This document shows positions 1-8,891 of a stretch of DNA of 46,936 nt, one piece after another. The translations under genes were made by a program, and so were the position numbers. How positions within the stretch are numbered: the stretch's first letter is position 1; every line of letters begins with the position of its first letter. Source of the stretch: Paenibacillaceae bacterium (GTDB lineage Bacteria; Bacillota; Bacilli; Paenibacillales; NBRC-103111); the NCBI GenBank assembly GCA_020697475.1, contig JAJFMO010000001.1, positions 1 to 46,936 on the forward strand. The letters run 5' to 3'. The notes under the pieces were generated by a model. That model was given only the letters and a program-made list of their open reading frames with translations. It did no database searches and had not been told where the DNA came from.

Positions 1-1
1 G

Positions 2-583
2 ATCGCCAACGCAAGGCAAATCAACATGCCGAACGAGAACATCGAGCGGGCGCTCAAGAAGGCGGCCGGCGACTCGGACAACGTCGATTATGAGGAGATC
101 ATCTATGAAGGGTACGGACCTGGCGGGGTGGCGATCATGGTTCGCTGCCTGACGGACAATCGCAACCGCACCGCAGCGGATGTTCGCTCGATCTTTAATA
201 AGCGCGGGGGCAATATGGGCGAGACCGGCTGTGTCTCCTATATGTTCGACGAGAAAGGCGTGCTCACGATCGACCGCGAAGAACGGGACATCGACGAGGA
301 TGAATTCATGATGCAAGCGCTCGAAGCGGGGGCGGAGGACATCGCCGTAAGCGAGAGCGAGTTCGAGATTACGACCCACCCGCATGATTTCGAGAAAGTG
401 AAAAACTCGCTTGAGGCGGACGGATACGAGTTCTCCGGCGCTTCGGTTCGCTATATCCCACAAAACACGGTCGTGGTGGAAGGGGAAAATGAAGAAAAGC
501 TGCTGCGTATGATGGACGCCTTCGACGACAACGACGACGTCCAGGATGTTTATGCCAATTTCGAAACGGTCGGCGAAGATTAA
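2..583 (+). CDS. YebC/PmpR family DNA-binding transcriptional regulator (5' end lies outside the window)
   Basis: The reading frame is open from the window edge. IANARQINMPNENIERALKKA...YEGYGPGGVAIMV...TDNRNRT matches the conserved YebC/TACO1 core. Stop at 581..583. Confidence 0.9.
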   Translation: MANARQINMPNENIERALKKAAGDSDNVDYEEIIYEGYGPGGVAIMVRCLTDNRNRTAADVRSIFNKRGGNMGETGCVSYMFDEKGVLTIDREERDIDEDEFMMQALEAGAEDIAVSESEFEITTHPHDFEKVKNSLEADGYEFSGASVRYIPQNTVVVEGENEEKLLRMMDAFDDNDDVQDVYANFETVGED

Positions 584-586
584 CTC

Positions 587-1234
587 CTAGTCAACGATTT
601 CAAGGATTTCGTCGATTTCTTTGCGGCCAAGCTTCGACGGCGTGTCGGCAGGATATCCAAGCGCAATCACCATGTTGATTTGGCATTCGTCGGGAATGTT
701 CAAATAGTTGCGCAGTTCGTTCTGTGCCAGCAGTACCGGCCCGGTCATCGGGCATGTGGCTAGTCCTTTGGCGTGGGCGGCCAGCATCAAGTTCATCGAG
801 GCCAAGCAACTGCTCTTGATTCCTTCTTCTTCCCAGATCGCCTTGTCCGCGAAACCGATCGGGTCGAATATTTTCTCGCGAAACTTGGATTGATACGGCG
901 TGGCCAGGCAAACGATCAGTACCGGGGCATCGGCAAAGGCGGTTGCATAAGGTCCGAAGGAACGGGTTAACAGCTTCGCTTCGCGGCCGAGGCCTTCGGT
1001 TTCCGCCCGCGCGGCGACTCTGTGCAGACAATCCCAAGTCATCGCCTCGATTTGTTTGATCTTCTCGGCATTCATCACGGCAATGAATTTCCATGTCTGC
1101 GAGTTCGTATCGCTCGGCGCGTAGCGTGCGCAATCAATTAGATCGCGTACGTCATCGTGGCTTACCGGCCGGTCAGCATAACGCCGAATGCTTCGGCGAG
1201 ATTTCAAAATTTGCTTAAACTGCTCGTATTCCAT
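587..1234 (-). CDS. nitroreductase family protein
   Basis: RRSIRRY...APSDTNSQTWKF is the typical FMN nitroreductase N-terminal signature. I chose the ATG at 1234, which has GGAAAGAGGA 8 nt upstream, over the ORF-track start at 1264. Confidence 0.85.
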   Translation of the reverse strand: MEYEQFKQILKSRRSIRRYADRPVSHDDVRDLIDCARYAPSDTNSQTWKFIAVMNAEKIKQIEAMTWDCLHRVAARAETEGLGREAKLLTRSFGPYATAFADAPVLIVCLATPYQSKFREKIFDPIGFADKAIWEEEGIKSSCLASMNLMLAAHAKGLATCPMTGPVLLAQNELRNYLNIPDECQINMVIALGYPADTPSKLGRKEIDEILEIVD

Positions 1235-1262
1235 GATCAAATCCTCTTTCCTTATTTGAGTC

Positions 1263-1330
1263 AAGTTCGGGGTCCCCGTAAAGTACCTGAATCAGCTTCG
1301 AAGTATAGCCCCACTTTATGGGGTTCTTTA
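1263..1330. repeat. copy A of a ~70-nt intergenic repeat (copy B at 39442..39512, same orientation)
   Basis: By hand alignment about 55 of 64 positions are identical. Shared blocks are AAAGTACCTGAATCA, CTTCGAAG and CCCCACTTTATGGGGTT. It ends in the hairpin CCCC-ACTTTAT-GGGG followed by T-rich sequence. Confidence 0.7.
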
Positions 1331-1402
1331 GTACTAGATTCTAATGGCTCATCCTAAATTTACGCTAGACTGCGGCCTTTTATACGAACCTATACTTATT
1401 AC

Positions 1403-1442
1403 AAACCGCTTCCGTGCCCGAATCCGGGCATGGAAGCGGTTT
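1403..1442 (-). terminator. intrinsic terminator downstream of the Gfo/Idh/MocA gene
   Basis: 18-bp stem AAACCGCTTCCGTGCCCG / CGGGCATGGAAGCGGTTT (one G-T pair) with loop AATC. On the minus strand it is followed by TTTGTAAT. Confidence 0.7.
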
Positions 1443-1468
1443 GGTTTGCTATTAAGTCCGATTGCAGC

Positions 1469-2530
1469 TTAGAAATTCCAGTCCAGCTTGATTTCGTTGC
1501 CGGTGCGGGACGATTCGTATATCGCTTCAAGAATCAGGTTGTTCGTATAGCCGGTCAATGCCGAAGAAATCGGCTGCTTGCCCTCGTTGACACATTCCAC
1601 GAAATGCTTGTACATCCTCGTTCTCGATCCTTCGTCGCCTTCCTTCTCGAACTTTAGATCGACATCGAGTGTCGTGTTGAACTGCTCTGTCATCAGCTTC
1701 GCGTTGTTGCCACGGATCGAGGCGCCGCCATCGCTCCCCATCAATTGGATATACGGGTTGTTATTATCTGTATGAACAGCCCAGCTGACATCGAGCGTGA
1801 GAGTAGCGCCGTTGTCCATCTTGATCAACGCTGTGGCTAAATCTTCGACGTCGTAGTATCCGTTCCAGTCGGGTGTGCCCCAGCTGCCGATGCCCCGCTT
1901 CTTTGGGCCGAATTCTGCGTACGTGGCGCCAAATACGGATACGGGCTTCGGGTTGCCCATCAAGAAAAGTGTCAGGTCGAGCATGTGCACTCCGATATCG
2001 ATCAGCGGGCCACCGCCGGATTCGGACATCCGGGTGAACCAAGTACCCCAGCCGGGTATGCCTTTGCGCCGGAACCAGCCGGTCTTGGCGTGATAAATAT
2101 TGCCTAGCGAGCCGCGCTCCACATGTTCTTTCACTTGCAAATTCAAGCTCTCCCAACGACGTTGCTGGGTGACGAGCAGCGTCTTGCCGCTATCGCGTTG
2201 AGCGAGCAAAATTTCTTTGGCCGCGGAGGCATTGATCGCCATCGGTTTTTCCACCATGACGTGCTTGCCGGCTTTGAGTGCGGAAATGGCCAGCGGGGCG
2301 TGAAATTTATTCGGAACGCCAATGACAACAGCGTCGATGGCGGGATCGCCCAACAATTCATCAACGCTTTCGTATACGCGGGGGATGTGAAATTCTTCGG
2401 CTCGCTGCTGAGCGGCGGCTAAGAATACGTCCGTAATTGCGGCAACCTCAAACTCCGGCATCACCGTCAAGGTGCCAAGGTGCGATTTGGAAATGTTGCC
2501 GGCGCCTATCATTCCGATTCGAATAGCCAT
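1469..2530 (-). CDS. Gfo/Idh/MocA family NAD(P)-dependent oxidoreductase
   Basis: N-terminal Rossmann motif IGMIGAGNISKSH. It also has the EKP motif (VMVEKPMA) and a size (353 aa) typical of the family. Confidence 0.9.
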   Translation of the reverse strand: MAIRIGMIGAGNISKSHLGTLTVMPEFEVAAITDVFLAAAQQRAEEFHIPRVYESVDELLGDPAIDAVVIGVPNKFHAPLAISALKAGKHVMVEKPMAINASAAKEILLAQRDSGKTLLVTQQRRWESLNLQVKEHVERGSLGNIYHAKTGWFRRKGIPGWGTWFTRMSESGGGPLIDIGVHMLDLTLFLMGNPKPVSVFGATYAEFGPKKRGIGSWGTPDWNGYYDVEDLATALIKMDNGATLTLDVSWAVHTDNNNPYIQLMGSDGGASIRGNNAKLMTEQFNTTLDVDLKFEKEGDEGSRTRMYKHFVECVNEGKQPISSALTGYTNNLILEAIYESSRTGNEIKLDWNF

Positions 2531-2944
2531 AATGCGGTAAACCCTCCTGTAAGTAGAAATAATATGAACTCAGCCAGTCAAGACTCAACTTGCCTAGTAT
2601 AGCCTACAATCGAACGAAAGTGAAGATGCGGTTTAATGAGGCGCAAACCTAGGCGGATCAAGTAAAAAACATTTCACAATTGAAAAAATTACTATTATAA
2701 TATAGTCGAATAGTACTAGTGAAATTGGGGTGAAAACGATGTTTCTGTGGAATTTAGTATGCTTCAAGTACCATGAATGGTTGTCTTCCCTGTTTCGAAT
2801 CGATGGAGCGTTCCAAACTTCCAGATTCATCCATCATCGCAACAAGGTTCATTATTATCGAAGGAAGCTGAATAAGGGGGCATAGCCGGGTACATCCCCG
2901 GTTAACAAACCATTAGAGTCTTTAGATCGCAATTCGCTTAAAGT

Positions 2945-2982
2945 GCCAACAAGCCGTCCGGGTTCCCGGACGGCTTGTTGGC
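2945..2982 (-). terminator. perfect 18-bp hairpin, possible terminator for the MFS/MATE-like operon
   Basis: GCCAACAAGCCGTCCGGG tt CCCGGACGGCTTGTTGGC. It lies about 120 nt downstream of the MFS stop. The U-tract is weak on both strands, hence the low confidence. Confidence 0.4.
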
Positions 2983-3101
2983 AATGGGATACGACTATTT
3001 GAGAACGTTCGGGAGATTTGAACTAACAGGCGACACAGGCCGAATTACACGCGTCGTAGTTCGAATGGATCGAGTAGTTCGATATATCGGAGCACATCTG
3101 C

Positions 3102-4310
3102 TCACAGTGACTCTCCGCCGCGCGTTGCGGAGTCCCGCTTAGCCGCCGGATCGCGAAAGCGCATGAGCGTGAACGCCGCCAAGGCAACGGCGGCCAAGAC
3201 GGAAGCGGCGACGAAGACGCTCCGGCCTCCCTGTTGCTCGAACAGCAGACCGCCGGCGGCGCCGCTGAGCATCCCGCCGAGGCTGCTCCACACGACGGCG
3301 AATGCCGCCTGCCCTGTGGCGCGGAAGCGGTCCGGCACCAACTGTTGGAAGTAACGAATGGCAGCCAGATAGAATACTCCGAAGGAAACGCTGTTCAACG
3401 CCTGCACCGGCAATACCCACGCAGGATCGGATATTGTAGCCATGATCGCATTTCTTAAGACATAAACGGCGCTGGCGAAGGAGAGCAGAGTCAAAGCCGA
3501 GAACCGCTCGCCATAACGGTGGAACAAATAGAAGATTGGAATTTCACCCAAGGCGGATATCGTCCAGCTCAGCCCGATCATTGACTCGTTCGCGCCAAGC
3601 CCCCGCAAGTACAAAGCCAGGAAGACATCGTTCATTCGATGGGCTACGGAGATGATCAGCAGAGCGGAGAAGAAGAAGGCGGCCTGCCTTGAAAAAATCA
3701 TTCGCCATGCATCGGACAGCTTTCCCTTACTTGCTCGGCTTTTCCGCAACCCAGCTTGCACATCAGGAAGCGTGAACGTCAACAGCAAGCTCACGCCAAC
3801 GGTGGCGATGGGCAGATAGACAGCCGCTCCGGCGCCATTTACCTGAAGCACATAGCCGAACACGAGCGAAGAGAAGGCGAAGCCGAGCGACCCGTACACG
3901 CGGAAGGATGCGTAGCTTCGACCTGTCCCTTTGAGGGTAAGCAAAGTGAGGGAGTCGTTCAGCGAGCTTGTCGGCGTCTGAAAGAAGAAAAATACCGTCA
4001 TGAGCGCCAACAAGACGGGATAGGCTTGACTTGCAAACAAGCACAAAACACAGAGAAACTGCCCGACAAAGACGATATTAAGCGCCAGCTTGACGGCTTG
4101 CAAACGGTCGCTGGCGACACCCCAAAAGACGTTGGCGACAAGCCCGATCAGCGGCCCCATCGCGTAGATGGAGCCGATCTGCAGTTTATTCAGTCCCAGC
4201 GAATCGAAATACAGCGGCAAGCAAGTGACCAGAACGGCGCTCGTCATATAGTAGGCGAACGTAAAAGCTCGCTGCTTGGCCGCTGCGGGAATCAAAGTGG
4301 TCACTTCCAA
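3102..4310 (-). CDS. MFS transporter (12-TM, LacY/PPP-like)
   Basis: 402-aa hydrophobic ORF with about 12 predicted TM segments and an MFS-like GxxxDR loop (WGVASDRL). It has a TTG start; the GTG two codons later is an alternative. It sits 19 nt downstream of the MATE-like gene. Confidence 0.85.
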   Translation of the reverse strand: MEVTTLIPAAAKQRAFTFAYYMTSAVLVTCLPLYFDSLGLNKLQIGSIYAMGPLIGLVANVFWGVASDRLQAVKLALNIVFVGQFLCVLCLFASQAYPVLLALMTVFFFFQTPTSSLNDSLTLLTLKGTGRSYASFRVYGSLGFAFSSLVFGYVLQVNGAGAAVYLPIATVGVSLLLTFTLPDVQAGLRKSRASKGKLSDAWRMIFSRQAAFFFSALLIISVAHRMNDVFLALYLRGLGANESMIGLSWTISALGEIPIFYLFHRYGERFSALTLLSFASAVYVLRNAIMATISDPAWVLPVQALNSVSFGVFYLAAIRYFQQLVPDRFRATGQAAFAVVWSSLGGMLSGAAGGLLFEQQGGRSVFVAASVLAAVALAAFTLMRFRDPAAKRDSATRGGESL

Positions 4311-4329
4311 TCGCCTCCCTTCCTCACCT

Positions 4330-5633
4330 CTAAGCAGACAGAGTGTTCGGAGCGCGCAGTCGATGGCGCGTCAATCCGCGCAGAGCCAACGTCACGACGA
4401 CGAGCTCCGCCGCGCATCCCAATGACTGTGCCCACGCGCCGATCGTGCCGTTCAGCCCCGGGGCAAAGAAGATCAGAACGACTAAAACAACCAACGTCGT
4501 TGCAAGGTTGCAGGATTGCGACAAGATCATATACTTCGTCTGGTTGAATAACATAATGAGACCGTTGCAATAATCAAGCCAAGGGAAAATCAGGTTCATG
4601 ATCATGAACACGTGCATCGCCCCGAGAATTCCCCTCAACAGTTCCGAATTCGCTTGAATACCCATCAGATGAACGAGGAACCACGCCCCGAACGGCGTAT
4701 AACACATCAAACCAATCATAGCTCCGGGGAAAAAAGCAACAGCGAGTGTAAATTTACGGACCAACACTCGATCGATCCGATAGAAGTTCAGCACAATTTG
4801 GTGAATATAGGAGAAGAAGCTCTGCATCAACTGTGCGAGATTCGAAGCAATCGCGTAAGAGGAGATGGCCAGCATCATGTCTCCCGATTTGCCGAGGAAG
4901 GCGTTGATCGCCGGCCCGATGACGACGGCGATCAGCGAGGAGAAGACGAGCGGGCGGTAGAACTCGAATACTTGACCGGATCGTTCGATGTCGTGCCCGG
5001 GCTCCTTGGTCGGCAGCTTGTGCCGTACGAGATGCAGCCCTTCGACCATGCTGACTAGACATTCGATGATCATTCCGGTCAGAAAAATAATCGCTCCGAC
5101 ACTGCCGCTGTTGACTTGATCGGTCGCGAGAAAATACCAGGAAACAAGCGCCATTCCGACCAGCCGGAAGCCCATGCCGATCGTCAGCCATTTTGTGCGT
5201 AAATGATAGATGATCACCCCGTGATACAAGCAGCGGACGCCGGAGAAAAAACTGACGAACATCAGCACACGATACAGAATACGTGCAAAAACAACATTTT
5301 TCCAAGCGGGGTATAAGAAATCGTCAATCCGAACACGAGCAAGAAGGCGAATAAATATACGGCAACCGTGGACATCGCTTTGAACGACAGGCGGTCGCGA
5401 CCGAGCCGTGTACATGTTTGCCTCAGCAGCGTGGTCGGCCGTTCACCGAGAGACATCAAACTCATTGCGACGGAGTAGCTGGCGACCAGCAGCTCGGGCT
5501 GCGACGACCGAGCCAGTGTGCTGTTAATGATGATATGGGAGATCATAACCAGACTGGCGGAGGCGCCAAGCGGCAAGAAGAAGACCAACAGCTTGCGAAA
5601 TCCTAGCGGTTCAGTGCGGTGCGTAGTCGACAT
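4330..5633 (-). pseudogene. MATE/MOP-superfamily-like polytopic membrane transporter, disrupted by a -1 frameshift
   Basis: ORFs 5262..5660 and 4330..5415 overlap and join into one continuous hydrophobic protein (...YTPLGK|NVVFARILY...) if one A is added to the A5 run (plus-strand T5 at 5297..5301). Start ATG at 5633 follows AAAGGGAA. Confidence 0.7.
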
Positions 5634-5822
5634 TCGAAGCATTCCCTTTGCTGCAACCAAATAAGTTCAAGTATAATAGGAACATCATACACCAATTTCA
5701 GGCTTGGCGCTATTTCAAGAAGATGGCAGGAAAGCATCGCGAGCTTTTCAATACTTGCGATTCTCGTATATAATGAGGGTTGCCAATCGCTTAAGCTTGG
5801 GCCGATAAAGGGGAGTCGATTG

Positions 5823-6422
5823 ATGAATGAACTGAACGCTGTCGCGAATAAATTGTACGGGTACGAGCCGCAGTTGTACCCTGAAGATGTGTGGGATGAG
5901 AACCTGCAAATTCGGATCGGCAGGCTTAAAGTTCCCGGCGAGCCGTTCCCCGGCGACAAACAACCTTATGCGCTTGCCCTGAAAGCGGGGTTGCTGTTAT
6001 GGGACGAAGCGCTTGACGCTTCGCACACGATTTCCCAGAACGTGCACAATCGCACGGGAAGTTATTGGCATGGGCTTATGCATCGGATGGAGGGAGACTA
6101 TAGCAACGCCAAATATTGGTTTCGCGAAACGGGCAGCCACCCGATCTTTGCCGATCTCGGCGCCAAAGCGGCAGAGTATTTGAAGCGAATGGAACCGGGA
6201 CAAATCCCTGCGCCGCTTGCTTCTGCTCTGCGTGCGTTGACCGGAAGTGGCGCTTGGAAGCCCGACACGATGATCGATTGCGTGGAATTGCAGGTGACCC
6301 GGCTGCATGATGATGCAGCTGAAGCGCTCCTGCGCAAGCTGCAGTGGATAGAATTTTCCGCGCTTATGAATTATACTTACGATGGTTGTTGCGGAGGCCG
6401 GCTGTTCGATGATGTTGGATAA
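5823..6422 (+). CDS. hypothetical protein, translationally coupled to the ytpB-like gene
   Basis: ATG at 5823 lies 7 nt after AAAGGGGAG. The 199-aa soluble protein (YWHGLMHRMEGDYSNAKYWF) matches no family I recognise. Its 3' end overlaps the next gene by 14 nt. Confidence 0.7.
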   Translation: MNELNAVANKLYGYEPQLYPEDVWDENLQIRIGRLKVPGEPFPGDKQPYALALKAGLLLWDEALDASHTISQNVHNRTGSYWHGLMHRMEGDYSNAKYWFRETGSHPIFADLGAKAAEYLKRMEPGQIPAPLASALRALTGSGAWKPDTMIDCVELQVTRLHDDAAEALLRKLQWIEFSALMNYTYDGCCGGRLFDDVG

Positions 6423-7491
6423 AGCAAGCCCTGGAGCGCTCGTCCCGCACAATCCTCTGCAGCTGATGAGTCGGATATACAAATATGTGTTGCCCGACGT
6501 GAGACGTGAGCTGGCGTTCTGGCGGGAGAAAGCGTCTGCGATTCCCGACCCGGAACTGCGTAAGCAAGCGATCGCCTCGATGACGTCCAAGCAGTTCCAT
6601 TGCGAAGGGGGCGCCGTCTATGCGGCGGCCAACTTGCCGGCACGTCATGTGCTGATCCCGCTTATTGTCGCCTTCCAGACGATTAGCGATTATTTGGATA
6701 ATTTGTGCGACCGCAGCACATCGCTCGATCCGCAAGATTTTCGCCGGCTGCATCAATCGATGCTCGACGCCGTCGATCCTACAGCAACGCCGGGAGAATA
6801 TTATGCCTTTCGCTCCGAACAAGACGACGGGCAATATTTACTCGACCTTGTCCGCACTTGCCAAGCTTGCATTCGCCAGTTGCCCTCCTATGCCCAAGTA
6901 GTTCCGCAAGTTCGGGTTTGGGTCGGATTATACGGCGACTTGCAGGTGTTCAAGCATATCCGTCTCGATTTGCGAGAACCTTCCCTGCTGCAGTGGTGGG
7001 ACCGGCACAAAGCGGATTACGGAGATGTATACTGGAACGAATTCGCTGCCGCCACCGGCTCGACGCTTGGAGTGTTCGCATTGTTCCTCGCCGCCACACA
7101 ATCCTCTCTGCCGACTCAAACCGAACAACGAATCGCCAAGGCGTATTTCCCCTATGTATGCGGACTGCATATTTTGCTCGATTACTTGATCGATCAGGAA
7201 GAGGACAGGTTGGGCGGGGATTTGAACTTCTGTTTTTACTATGACAATCCCGATTCGGCGTTCGATCGCATCGCTTATGTAGCGGAGCAAGCGCGTCGGT
7301 CGGTGGAGCCGCTGGAGAATGCCTCGTTCCATCGGATGATTATCGAGGGACTGCTGGCGTTGTACTTGTCCGACCCGAAGGTGAGGAATCAACGCGAAGT
7401 GCGCGGCGTATCGCGCAAACTGATGAAGAACAGCCCGCTCACGAGGTTGTTTTTCTGGATTAACAGTGTGTGGATTCGCAAAGCTTTTTGA
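6409..7491 (+). CDS. ytpB: tetraprenyl-beta-curcumene synthase family protein (YtpB/DUF2600-like)
   Basis: The N-terminal region PLQLMSRIYKYVLPDVRRELAFWREKA...KQFHCEGG resembles B. subtilis YtpB as I recall it. The assignment is from memory and is not verified. Confidence 0.65.
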   Translation: MMLDKASPGALVPHNPLQLMSRIYKYVLPDVRRELAFWREKASAIPDPELRKQAIASMTSKQFHCEGGAVYAAANLPARHVLIPLIVAFQTISDYLDNLCDRSTSLDPQDFRRLHQSMLDAVDPTATPGEYYAFRSEQDDGQYLLDLVRTCQACIRQLPSYAQVVPQVRVWVGLYGDLQVFKHIRLDLREPSLLQWWDRHKADYGDVYWNEFAAATGSTLGVFALFLAATQSSLPTQTEQRIAKAYFPYVCGLHILLDYLIDQEEDRLGGDLNFCFYYDNPDSAFDRIAYVAEQARRSVEPLENASFHRMIIEGLLALYLSDPKVRNQREVRGVSRKLMKNSPLTRLFFWINSVWIRKAF

Positions 7492-7523
7492 CATTTTTAT
7501 ATAACAATAGGAGTGGGTTTACG

Positions 7524-8489
7524 ATGTCTATCGGTTCGATCGCCGTTCTGACGAGTGGCGGAGATTCGCAAGGAATGAACGCCGCAGTGCGTGCTGTAGT
7601 GCGCAGCGCCCTGTTTCATGGACTGGAAGTGTTCGCGGTACAACGCGGCTACTATGGATTAATCAACGACGATATTCGCGCGATGGATTTGCGCAGTGTC
7701 GGCGACATTATTCAACGCGGCGGTACGGTGCTGCAGACTGCCCGTTGTTTGGAGTTTCACGAGCGGGAGGGGCAAGAGAAAGCGGCGGCCAATTTACGCA
7801 AGCGCGGAATTGACGGTCTTGTCGTCATCGGCGGGGACGGCTCGTATCAAGGGGCCAACAAGCTCGATAAGCTCGGAATTCGTACGATGGGCTTGCCGGG
7901 GACGATCGACAACGACATTCCCTTTACGGACGTTACGATCGGTTTCGATACGGCAGTGAGCATCGTTGTCGATGCGGTCAACAAGCTGAGGGATACGATG
8001 ACTTCCCATGAGCGATCTTCCGTCGTTGAAGTGATGGGCCGCCATTGCGGCGATATCGCGCTGAACGCCGGGGTGGCGAGCGGTGCGGAAACGATTCTCG
8101 TCCCGGAAGTGCCGTTCGATCTCGACGAGGTTGCGTCACGGATGAAAGTGAATTTCGACCACGGCAAACGGCACAGCATTATTCTGGTCGCCGAAGGAGT
8201 CGGACACGGGCAGACGATTTCCGAAGAAATTTACCGACGCAACGGGATTGAGCCGCGGGTTACGGTGCTCGGACATATTCAGCGTGGCGGAACGCCGACA
8301 CACAACGACCGGATATTGGCCAGCCGGCTTGGCGACTTTGCGGTGCGCTGCCTGATCGACGGGGCTTCGGGGAAAGCGTGCGGGGTAATCAAGAACGAGT
8401 TGGTCGCCACAGACTTTGACAAAGTCGTCGGTACGAAGAAGCCGTTCAATATGGATCTTTACAACTTGGCGCTCAGGTTGTCCCAGTAA
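7524..8489 (+). CDS. pfkA: ATP-dependent 6-phosphofructokinase
   Basis: IAVLTSGGDSQGMNAAVRAVVR, VIGGDGSYQGA, GLPGTIDNDI and RVTVLGHIQRGG are canonical PfkA motifs. ATG at 7524 follows AGGAGTGGG. Confidence 0.95.
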   Translation: MSIGSIAVLTSGGDSQGMNAAVRAVVRSALFHGLEVFAVQRGYYGLINDDIRAMDLRSVGDIIQRGGTVLQTARCLEFHEREGQEKAAANLRKRGIDGLVVIGGDGSYQGANKLDKLGIRTMGLPGTIDNDIPFTDVTIGFDTAVSIVVDAVNKLRDTMTSHERSSVVEVMGRHCGDIALNAGVASGAETILVPEVPFDLDEVASRMKVNFDHGKRHSIILVAEGVGHGQTISEEIYRRNGIEPRVTVLGHIQRGGTPTHNDRILASRLGDFAVRCLIDGASGKACGVIKNELVATDFDKVVGTKKPFNMDLYNLALRLSQ

Positions 8490-8559
8490 GACGGGACTTC
8501 CCCCTGCGGGGGGGGAGCGAGTCTCGAATTCCGAATATCCTATCGCTCCGCATAAAAAA

Positions 8560-8582
8560 ACGCCTTCATTGAATGAAGGCGT
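8560..8582. terminator. bidirectional stem-loop between pfkA and a small minus-strand ORF
   Basis: ACGCCTTCAT/ATGAAGGCGT stem, flanked by A7 upstream (T7 on the minus strand) and CTTTCTG downstream. Confidence 0.7.
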
Positions 8583-8754
8583 CTTTCTGATATTCAGAAA
8601 TGCTGTGTTGGACAATCTCCAGTACATCCTCCGTGACCAGCGCATCCATGCCGTTGCGCAGCACGATCTCGCAATTCAGTTCGTCTTCCCGGAGGAACGG
8701 GTAAAGCTCGGGCGTTAATTCCATTACAATCCTGGACAGTTTCACGGCTTCCAC
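8566..8754 (-). CDS. small hypothetical protein (about 62 aa)
   Basis: GTG at 8754 is preceded by AAGGGTGG. An extended -10 (TGGTATAAT) lies upstream on the minus strand and the T7 terminator is at the 3' end. I recognise no family, and the stop falls inside the terminator hairpin. Confidence 0.3.
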   Translation of the reverse strand: MEAVKLSRIVMELTPELYPFLREDELNCEIVLRNGMDALVTEDVLEIVQHSISEYQKDAFIQ

Positions 8755-8891
8755 AAGCACCACCCTTTCAATCGGATTAGGATCAAAGGAAAGACTTACA
8801 GAATTCTCAAGATGCAATTACCAGAAATGATATGAAATTACTTTCCCATTATACCATATTCCTTGTTAGATTGCACTGGTAGGTGTACCCG

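Noticed and set aside
8491-8525. G/C-rich hairpin right after the pfkA stop as its terminator
   Set aside because: The stem is irregular (C5/G8 with wobble pairs) and has no U-tract. The clean hairpin at 8560..8582 is the more credible terminator.
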